In this document: piece by piece, positions 19,435 to 28,381 of the stretch
How the letters are laid out: each line of letters starts with the position of its first letter
How positions within the stretch are numbered: the stretch's first letter is position 1
Assembly: GCA_004431415.1 (NCBI GenBank)
Contig: QPMI01000360.1
Span: forward strand, 1 to 28,381
From: Cyanophora paradoxa CCMP329
Lineage: Eukaryota > Plantae > Glaucophyta
DNA: 28,381 nt
Direction of reading: 5' to 3'
Notes under the pieces: generated by a model
Told to the model about the DNA's origin: nothing
Seen by the model: the letters and a program-made list of their open reading frames with translations, nothing else
Database searches by the model: none
Made by a program: the position numbers and the translations under genes

Positions 19435-20839
19435 CAACCCGCGATCGTATGATCGATGCCAGCATTGATGCGGCCCTTCGCGCCCATGCACCATGTGCCG
19501 AATTTTCGGGTATCCATCCACAATTGCAATCAATTGCAAGTCAAAGGACGCCGTAACAACTTGCAATTGGCAATGTGAATGATTCAACTAGCCCGGCCGG
19601 GCCGGGCCCGGGCCGGTGCGGCCGGCCCCGGCGGCCCCGGCGCCGCGCCGGCGGCGGGCCGGCGCACGGCGGCCGCGGCGCCCGCGCGCGCCGGGGACGC
19701 GGCGGCGGCGGCGCGGGGCAAGCGCTTAGCGCTAGCGCCGCTCGAGCTCGCGATCGCCGGATCGGCGCCCGGCCCAGCGCCGGGCCAGCGGCGCCCAGCG
19801 CGCGCGCTAGCGGCGTAGCGCTATCATAGTATTACGCCGCTATGGCTAGCGCTATACTAGTAGCGCTAGCGCCGGCCCAGCGCTAGCGCCCGGCGGCCGG
19901 CCCAGCGCTAGCGCCGGCGGCGCGGCGCCGGCGCCGCGCGCGCGCGCACGCGCGCGCAGCGCTTCCGAACTTGAACGTTCGGGATCCGAAGTTCGGCGCT
20001 GCCTCAGCCTGCCTGCAGCTGCAAGCTGCCGCAGAGGATGATCATCGAGCTTAGCAATATAGAATCCTCGATGACTCAGTGATCTTATAGCTATATAGTG
20101 GTATCAAAGTCTCTCACTACTACTGGAGTAACTGGACTACTAGCACTCAGCAGTGACTGGTAGTACTGGTCTGCCAGGGGTCTGAGTGGTCTCCCAGGCA
20201 CCGTGAGCCTGGCGTGAGGCACGTGTCCCCCGCACGTCCGACGGTCTCTTAAGCTTCTGCAATCTGCGCATGCATATATGCTATAGCGCATCGCCGAGTC
20301 GTATATATATACGTTACATTATACTATGATAACACGTATACCGTAGTATACGTAGTACGTATCATAGTATGCGGGCTTTGACTCAGCCTCAAATCATCAT
20401 CTATGTATACATACGTATGCATGGCACTGCGGCATTTTGATCATGACTCTAATACCACGTCACTCTATGCATGAGGGGCAATTTTTTTGAGGCCCGAGGC
20501 ATGATTTTTGACCTTCCAAACAGCCGTTGTTTACAATTTGGAGCATGATTATTGTTGACCTTCCAAAAAGACGCCAAATTTGAATTTGATCAGCGGGGTA
20601 CGGAGCAATCTGAAAAAAAGGGAAAGGGCGCGCGCGAGCCCGAAAGGCAAGGGCGCCTGCGATGGCAGCGGACAGAGTCTCGCACAGGCGTGCGCAACGA
20701 AACATCGTCGAAGAAGCGCCAGTGCGGAGCGCCATCGAAGCAGCGCGTCTCCGAGGCTCAGCTGCAGCTTCGCCGGTCGGACGAGCCAGAACGCGTGCGC
20801 AAGCGCGGAGCGATTCGGCGAAGGACTTCTTGATCGGAG

Positions 20840-20902
20840 GTGCGCCGAGCTACTCCGCCCATACGGCTGTTGCGCCTTAGCCAGACTAACCCGTGAACGT
20901 AG
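20840..20902 (+). other. Probable 63-nt 5' UTR intron of AMT1
   Basis: gag|gtgcgc donor matching the local consensus, ctaac branch point, cgtag acceptor 24 nt before the ATG. Confidence 0.55.
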
Positions 20903-20926
20903 GAAGTCAAGGCATACACGTAGCGA

Positions 20927-23900
20927 ATGGCAGGCGTCGTCGGACCTTGCCCGGTGCGTGAGCACGTGGCGCCTCGCCTCGCGCCGCGCGCGCGCGGTGC
21001 GCAACCGCGCCGACTGCCCAATTCTTATATATATATCGCCTTGTTCTTCAGCCGGGCGTCACTGAACTTGCCCAAGTCGACGTATCTCCCGTCGACTGGA
21101 TCGCCGCTCACGGCGTCGACACCCTGGAGATCAATCAGCAGGGTGCGGATTTCTCTGTAGTCGCTCTCGCTGTCGATCTGAAGCGCCGCGCGCAGCGTGC
21201 CGGCTGAGCCTGCAGCTCGCGGGCATCCAGGCGCAGCTCGACGGCGTGTCCGCGCTCGCCAATGGCTCGTTGACCCGCGCCGTCGCCGAGGACAACCACG
21301 CATGGATGCTCACGGTGCCTTCCTGTATCTTGCCGTGAACTTGAGCCCGCGGGTTCCTCAAATTCCACTTTCTCCTGCGCAGAACGGCTTCCTCGTCTTC
21401 TTCCTTCAGCTTGGCTTCGCCGCCCTCACCGCCGGCTGCGTTCGCGCCAAGAACGTGCGCGCGAACTGTCCCCCTGCCCACCCCGCGAGCCGCTTCGCGC
21501 CTTCCCCTCACAGAGAGGGAACCGCAGTTGAAGAACGTCCTGATGAAGAACGTGATCGGTGGGTCACTTGCAGCTTCGTCGGTTGAGCGATCAAGTGTTT
21601 TTGTGCATGCGCTAACAGCTTCTCCTGCCAGACGCCTGCTTCGGAGCCATCGCCTGGTGGCTGGTCCGCCCCGCTTCCGCCCGGCGCCCCGGCCCGGGTC
21701 TCGCCGCCCGCCCGCGCCCGCTGAGGCACAGCTGCTCAGGTCGGCTTCGGCATCGCGTACGGGGACGGGGTGAACGGCAACGGCTTCCTTGGCACCAAGG
21801 ACTACGTCCTCTCGAACGTGCCCGGGACGTACTACGGTCCGCCGCGCCGCCGCGCTCCCGCCGTCTGGCGCGTTCGGCTGCTGAGCTAGTGCCGCACGTG
21901 CGCGCAGGCGGCGGCGACCGGCACGCGTTCTGGTTCTTCCAGTGGGCTTTCAGGTGCGCGAGCCGCCGGCCCGCCCGAGCGGGCGGCCGGGCGCGCGCCT
22001 CGCCTTCATCAACCCGCGGCCCTGACGAGCGAGCGCGCCCCGGCGCAGCGCAACGGCGGCCACCATCGTGAGCGGGGCCGTCGCCGAGCGCATCAAGTTT
22101 GAGGCCTACCTGGTGCGCCCGCCCCCGCGCGAGCCCGAGGACTCGCTGCGGCTCCGGCTGGGCGGCCCGACCGACCGATCAAATCGCGATTAGATCTTCA
22201 CGTTCCTCTGCTCGGGCTGGATCTACCCCGTCATCGCGCACTGGGGCTGGTCCGACTCGGGATGGCTCTCGGCCTTCCGCGCCACCGTGCAGCCCGACGG
22301 CTCCACCCGCTTCGACCCGCTCGGCGGCTCCGGCCTCTTCGACTTCGCCGGTGCGCTCGCATTCAAGTATTCGAATTTCAAACCCGCTGGGACTACCCCC
22401 CCCCCCCCCCCCCCCCAACTGGCGCCCCTCCCCGCACCTCCTCTCGCCCCTCGGCGGCGCGGTCTGACCACGCCCTCGTGCAGGCGGCGGCATCGTGCAC
22501 ATGGTCGGAGGCTTCGCGGCGATCGTGCGCGGCCCCGGCCCGGGCCGCATGCCTCGCTGCGCCTGACTCGCTCGCCCCCGCGGCGCGGCAGGCGGCGGCG
22601 TACGTCCTCGGGCCCCGCGTCGGCCGCTTCGACTCGAGGACCGGCAAGCCCCTCCCGATGCCGCAGGTCCGTCCGCCCCCGCCCCAGGCTCAGCTCCGAG
22701 TACCCCGCGCGGCGCTCGCTCGCCCAACCGGCCCCTGGCCGGCAGTACTCGTACATGTGGGCGACGGCGGGTACGCTGATTATCTGGTTTGGCTTCTACG
22801 GCTTCAACTGCGGCAGCACGCTGGCGGTGACTGCGACCTCGTTCGCTTCGTATGCATCAAGATGCGCTTCTCACTTCCGCTCGCCTCAGGTGCACCTCGG
22901 GGACCGCGCGACCGTCACCGCCGGCCGCGTCGCCATCAACACCACCCTCTCCGGTACCCCCGCCCCGCCCCGCCCCGCCCTCCCGCCTCGTGCGTCGCTC
23001 ACCGTCGCGTCAGCGGCCGCGGGGGCCATGATGGGCCTCGTCATCTCGAAGGTATTCCTCAAGGTGCGAGCCCTCTCCCAGGACGCTCAGAGCTGCCGGC
23101 GCCGCCGCCGCCACGGACGGGCCTCACGCCTGGGGCAGATCTACGACGGCGGCCTCATGAACAACTGCCTTCTGGCCGGCCTCGTGGCGAGCACCTCGGG
23201 CTGCGCGCTCATGGAGCCCTGGGCGGCCGTCATCACCGGCGCCGTCGCCGCCTGGTTCTACTACGGCGCCTCCAACCTGGCGCTCAAGCTCAAGATCGAC
23301 GACCCGCTCGACGCCTTCGCGGTGCACGGCGGGGGCGGTATGTGGGCTCTCATCTCCGTCGCCTTCTTCGGTACCCCCCTCCAAGCTCTTCCCGCCTCGA
23401 ACCCGCTGATGCCGACGCCCCGCCCCGCCCCGCAGCCAAGGGCTCCCACATCCAGGACGTCTACGGCATCGACTACGCGTGCGCGCGCCCGCCGGACCCG
23501 CTAAAGTTGACCCCCCCCTCGCGAACTCTCCCCCGACTCCGCCCCCGCCTCGGGCCTTGCGCAGGCCCAAGCACGGCGTCATCTACGGCGGCTCGAGCAT
23601 GATCGGCCTCCAGTTCCTGGGCCTCGGTGAGATTCGAACCCGGAGTCCAAAATTAGATCCAGAGGGGCGGCCCCGGGGCCGCGGCCGTCCCCTTCGATCC
23701 GACGCGCCCTCTCTGACGCGTTCTCTCTGGCGCAGTGGTGATCGCGGCGTGGGCGTTCGGGCACAGCTTCGCCATCTTCTCCGTCCTGAAGATGACCGTG
23801 CGTACCCCGCCCCCGCCCCGCCCCGCGCCGCGCTCTTCTCCTCCTCTTAGCGCGCTCGTGCGGTTCGACAGATCGGGATCCGCGTGCCGGCGTGGCAGGA

Positions 23901-24150
23901 GCAGGAGGGCATGGACTTCAGCAAGCACGGGGGGTACAGCGAGCAGCACATGGAGGCGCTCGAGAAGGGGATGTACGGGCAGGGCGCCTACGTCACGGAC
24001 TCCCGGGAGGAGTCCGTGCACGGTCCCAAGTCCTCGGCCCTCCAGGCCGCCATGGCCAACGGTACCCCTCCCGGCCTTGGGTGCACTGGTACCCCCGTGC
24101 CGCTTACGCCGCCGCGTCCAGGTCAGGGGTCGACCGTCGTAAAGCTCTGA
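20927..24150 (+). CDS. AMT1: Ammonium transporter (Amt/Mep/Rh family, AMT1-like); 21 coding exons
   Basis: Spliced exons give LVFFLQLGFAALTAGCVRAKN, FQWAFSATAATIVSGAVAER, IYPVIAHWGWS, DFAGGGIVHMVGG, LGPRVGRF, WFGFYGFNCGS, NTTLS, LAGLVAST, IDDPLDAFAVHG, IRVPAWQEQEGMDFSKHGG. The ATG at 20927 has an in-frame TAG just upstream; TGA at 24148-24150. All 20 coding introns are GT-AG. Confidence 0.93.
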
Positions 24151-24802
24151 TCAGTCTGATCTGATCTGATCCTCGAGATACCTCGCGCCGACTGGCAGCG
24201 GTACCCCTTGCAATTGGGCCTCGAATTCCGAATGTACATGTTCTATAGCTAGATCTGTCCGACGGTCCTCGGTGTAGACTACCGCAGTTTTCGGATGCTG
24301 TGCCGACCCAGGCCTGATCTTCTTAGGTCATGATTAACGCGACCCGATCGCGCATCATATTTGAATGTACTTCAAGGCTTCAGTCACCAGTCTTAGTTCT
24401 CAGTACTATTATCTTTAGCAGGTTTTATAATTATTCTTAGGCGCTGTGCGTCCGAACCCTCGATTCGCTGCGAGTCCAGCGTACAGCTTCAAAGTAAATT
24501 TTCATCACGATGTATATGAAGACCCAGAGTGTTTTCTCTTCCAGTTAGTACGATATCGATATGCGCGCATATCTCCCTGAACTTGTACTTGTGTTTCCAA
24601 ATGCGATGCCGTTCGTTCTAGCGCCAGCCGGCGCCAGACAACTTGGCAACCCCCGCGCGCGCCAGAGCCTCCGGATCCGGGTCCGGCGGGGTGGCCAGCT
24701 GCAGAGGCACTCAGCGGCTATTGCTATATTCAGAAGCCATCTTCCGCGGCCGGTACAGGTATTAGTTATATTCAATTTACAGGGCGGCTCAGGATCGCCG
24801 AG

Positions 24803-27800
24803 TCAAGCGCCGGTGAGGCGGGCGAGGAGGCCGCGCACTGTCCCCGCGTCGCGCAGGCGGCAGGCTCCCGCCGACGAGCCCGGAGCCGCCCGCCGCGGGG
24901 GCCCCACCTGCAGCAATGCAATGCAACATCGGCGCAGAGCGGGGCGCGGCGGAGGCGGTGGGGCGAGAACTAGAAGGCGGGGCGTTCTCGACCTGGCAGG
25001 GGAAGTGGGGTACGCCGGCGGCGGCGGCCCACTCGGCGGCCGCCGCCTCCACCTCCGCCCACTCGGCGCCGCCCCCGACGCTCAGCACCGCCGCCACCTG
25101 CGCGAACCGCCAATTCGCTGAGCGACGAATGCGAATCGAAGCTGCGCGCCGCGCCCGCCCGCCCGCTCGCGGCGCGCACGCGGGCGGCGTCGCGATCGCG
25201 ATCGGCGAGGAGGTCTGCGAGGAGGGCGCGGACGGCGGCCGCCTCGGACGCCCCCCGCGCCTTCACCGTCACCGCCGCCCGCTCCGACCGCACCTGAGGC
25301 CGGGCCGTCACCCAGGGGCGGGGGCTGGGGCGGGGGCGGGCGGGGGTACGGCGCACGACGTCGGCGTGGGCGTTCGCGAGGGTCGCACCCAGCACGTCGG
25401 CCGCCTCCGCCGCCTGGCCCCGCGCGCCCGGCCCCGGACGCCCGCAGCGTCGGCAACGGGACCTTAAGCCTAACTTAAATAAGGCGGACCTGCCACGCCC
25501 CAAAATCCGGGTCCGCAGCGCTGCAGACGCCCCGCGTCGGCAGGGGCCTCTGGAGAGGGGCGGGGGGCAGGTCCGGGGAGGGCGCAAGCGCACCCGTACC
25601 GCCAGACGAGGGCCGCGTCCTGTACCTGTACCCCCCTCCCAATCTAAGTCTGGAGCGGGGCGGGGGAACACTGCGGGGCGTGCCTCGAGGGTCGAGCCGG
25701 GGGTACGCTCCGCGTACGTCTGCGGGGGCGGCCGTCGGGGCCGGCCACCGGGCTCAGGGGGCCGGGGTTACTGGCGGTCGGACCTGCAGGATGGCCGCGG
25801 CGGGTCCCATCCACGCCTGCCGCGAGGCGCTCGCAGGGGGGCCCAGCTCGCGCCACGCCGCCCCGGGCCCCAGGGCCTGCCGCGGTAAAATCAAAGGGCG
25901 GGCGGGCGGGGGCAAGGCGGGGCGGTCGGGCCTTCGCGCGGGAGCCGTGCTCGGCGACGAGGGCGGCGCCCGTCTCGCCGAGCCACGCCTCGAGCAGCCG
26001 AGCCGGCCTCTCGCTGCTGCGCCGGCGTCAGGCGCGAAGGCGAGGGGCGGGCAGGCGGGCGAGCCTGCAGACGAGGATGGCGAGGCCGCGGGCTGAGAGG
26101 AGGGAGAGCAGGGCGCGCAGCTCGGCGTCCGGCGCCGCCAGCTCCTCCACGTCCTGCGGGCGAGGGGCCGCCGTGGGCAGAGCTTGAGGGCGCGTGGGCG
26201 GGCGGGCGGGCGGGCGCGCGCACCTGCGGGTCAACGAGGGCCCCGTCGTACTGGAGCAGGAGCACGGCCGCCGGGGCGCGCCCAGCGGCCCCGCCCCGCC
26301 GACGCCGCCGCCCCCGGCGACGCCGACGCGAAGGCCGTGAGGATGCTGGAGAGGTCCTGGGCGTACGCCAGAGCGCCGCCCGAGGCGCCGCCGCCGGCGC
26401 CGGCGAGCCGCGCGTGCGCCTGAGAGGCCGGCCCATCCGCCGGCGCGCTGCGTTTTGGGCCCCGGCCCGGCCCGACGTCAGCGCCGCTGAAGCGAAGGGC
26501 GCGGGGCGGGCCGGCGGGGCGGGCCGGGGCGCACGGGGCGAGGATGGCGTCGATCTGGGAGCGGGCCCAGCGGTCGGCCGTGTGCGCCAGGATGTGCGCT
26601 CGAATCGCCGCCTGCGCGCGCACTCCCCGTCAAACGAGCGGAGGGAAGCGGGGCGGGGCGGGGCGGGGCGGGGCGGACGGCGCGGCGGGCGCGCTCGGCG
26701 TCGGGCATCTCGAGGGCCGCCGCCAGCGCCCACGCCGTCTGCGGGGCGACGAGGGCCCCCGCTCATGTACGGCCGCGGGGGTTTCGAGTAGAAGCTTGAG
26801 GGGGGCCCGGGGGCCGGGCGGACCCCCTCGGCGTCCCAAGGGTTGACGCGGAGGGCGTCGGCGAGGGACTTAGCCGCCCCCGCGAACTCGGAGATCACCA
26901 GCGCCGGCGGCGCCGAGCCGGGGGGGCGCCCTGCCGTCCGAGGGTTCGGGCGGGTCCGGGGTCGCCCGGGGGCGTGCACGTGTGTACGCGCACGGGCACA
27001 GGCGGCCAGGATGAACGCGTGCGGCGAAAGGTTCATGCCTGCGCGCGCGCGGGGCGGCGCCGTTCGCGCTCGCGTTTCGTACGTTCCGTGGCCCGCAGGG
27101 CCCCGGGCCGGCGCCGGCCCCCGCACCGTCGCGGAGGGGGGTAGTCAGAAACACGTCCGCGTGCTCGAAAAGCGAGGCCTGCGGGGTACGCCTGAGGGCG
27201 CAGCGGCGGAGGGCGGGGCGGGTGCGGGGGAGTGGGGGGGGGGGGGAAGGGGGGGGAAGGGGGGGGAAAGGGGGGGTGGTGGGGGGCTGGGAGGGGCTGG
27301 GAACACGTTGCGAGCTCTGACCTGCTCGTTCCCCGAGAGGGTCTGGCCGGGGAGCCAGCGAGTGAGTCTCGAGCGCGCGGACGGACATGAAATGCGCGGG
27401 GCGGGGGCCCGAAGGCGAGGGGGTACGGGCCTACCCGCTCGATGTACAGGATGGGGCTGAACTCGGGCGTGGCGCAGGCCCCGTTGATGCGCCCCACCTG
27501 CGCATGCAGCGGTTGATGTGAGCGTCTAGCGCATCGGATTCTTCGGGGCGGGGGCGAGCATGAGGAGAGATATGATATGCGGAGAGAGATCGAGTCGAGC
27601 TGGAGGCGCGCGCGTTTGGCGCATCGGATTCTTCAAGCTTATTGATTGGCAGGGAGACGCAGCCCTGCTAGGCCTCTGGATCCAGAGGCGAGGGCGCGCG
27701 ATCGCTGTGCCGACGGCGGGCGCGCCATCTAGAGGAGGGACCTTGAATCTGGATCTTAGAGGCCTATGAGGGCTGCGTCTCCGCTGCTAATTGCGGCGCG

Positions 27801-28381
27801 GACGCGCCATCTCGGTGATCTGGCGGCGGAGGCGCGCGTAGCCGACCGCCACGCCCCCGCCCTCCGACCCCGACGGCTCCGTCACCTGCGCCCATCGCGC
27901 GCGGCCGCGATCAGGAGCGGCCGAGCGAAGGCCTAGGGCCCCAGGGGGCGCGCCCTCGCGGGCCCCCTACGCCCACGCCGTCGCCCCTCGCGCCGGCTCG
28001 GGCCGGCTCGCCTGTACGAGGAGGACGCGGCCGCGCCACTTGCCGGCGTCCCGCAGCAGCATCGCCTCGAACGCCAGCAGCTGCGCCCCGGCCCTCAGCA
28101 AAGGGGCGAGGGGCCGGCCAGGGGCCCGTCGGGCGCGCCTTGTGGGGGATCCCCTTGATGAAGTCCAGCTCGTCCCAGCCCACGACGATCTGCGCGCGGG
28201 GTCCGGTCGGGCCGGGCCGGGCCGGGTCGGGTCGGCCGAAAGATGAAGGGCGGGACGGGGCGGGGCGGGGCGGGGCGGGGCGGGCCTTTAGATCGGGTTG
28301 CCGCTGGCGCAGCGCGGCGAGCCCGTCGAGGGCGCCGGAGGGCACCGCTGCCGGCGCCGCGTTGGCCGCGCCGGCAGTCCC
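24803..28381 (-). CDS. Trehalose-6-phosphate synthase/phosphatase fusion (GT20 + HAD TPP), 5' part outside the window; probably non-catalytic; one frame break near 26280-26310
   Basis: GT20 segments: IVVGWDELDFIKGIPHKLLAFE, WRGRVLLVQ, VGRING, TPLRDGMNL, LVISEFAGAAKSL, VNPWD. TPP segments: LLLQYDGAL, LEAWLG, LVAEHG, YAERTPGSTLE, LVWRY, VLSVG, and terminal exon VGPP...LRDAGTVRGLLARLTGA with stop at 24805-24803. Confidence 0.85.

Larger units (their letters stand above)
19228..20926. promoter_or_regulatory. Divergent intergenic region between the P2C ATPase and AMT1 (promoters and 5' UTRs)
   Basis: Lies between two outward-facing ATGs; contains a GC-rich palindromic block (19590-19996) and an AT-richer block (20040-20620). 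Promoter function is inferred from position only. Confidence 0.6.

Noticed and set aside
20460-20926. Extra coding genes from ORFs 20549-21004, 20552-20833 and 20580-21065
   Set aside because: No recognisable domain; better explained as AMT1 promoter and 5' UTR.
22262-23602. 446-aa ORF (and other long Arg/Pro/Gly-rich ORFs such as 8658-9500 and 25891-27126) as independent genes
   Set aside because: Stop-poor GC-rich read-through across introns or antisense shadows; only fragments match real exons.

Overview
GC-rich, very intron-dense eukaryotic DNA, probably from an alga or other protist (taxon not determinable from the sequence). The ORF track is mostly spurious, so I spliced exons by hand and recovered four genes. 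(1) An ENA-type (P2D) Na+/K+-efflux ATPase, + strand, 265-9513, about 49 exons. (2) A Na+/K+-ATPase-alpha-like (P2C) pump, - strand, 19227-10350, about 47 exons, tail-to-tail with gene 1 and with rewired ion-binding residues. (3) An AMT1-type ammonium transporter, + strand, 20927-24150, 21 coding exons, head-to-head with gene 2. (4) A 5'-truncated TPS-TPP fusion, - strand, 28381-24803, with catalytic residues of both domains degenerate. Main signals: a possible cation/ammonium/osmolyte gene cluster; about 21 GC-AG introns; microexons, including one encoding exactly DKTGTL; introns containing copies of their own splice junctions, including a decoy acceptor followed by an in-frame stop; a shared (CAG)n leader upstream of both ATPases; and two frame anomalies that may be assembly errors. 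All exon boundaries and counts are manual and unverified by RNA data.
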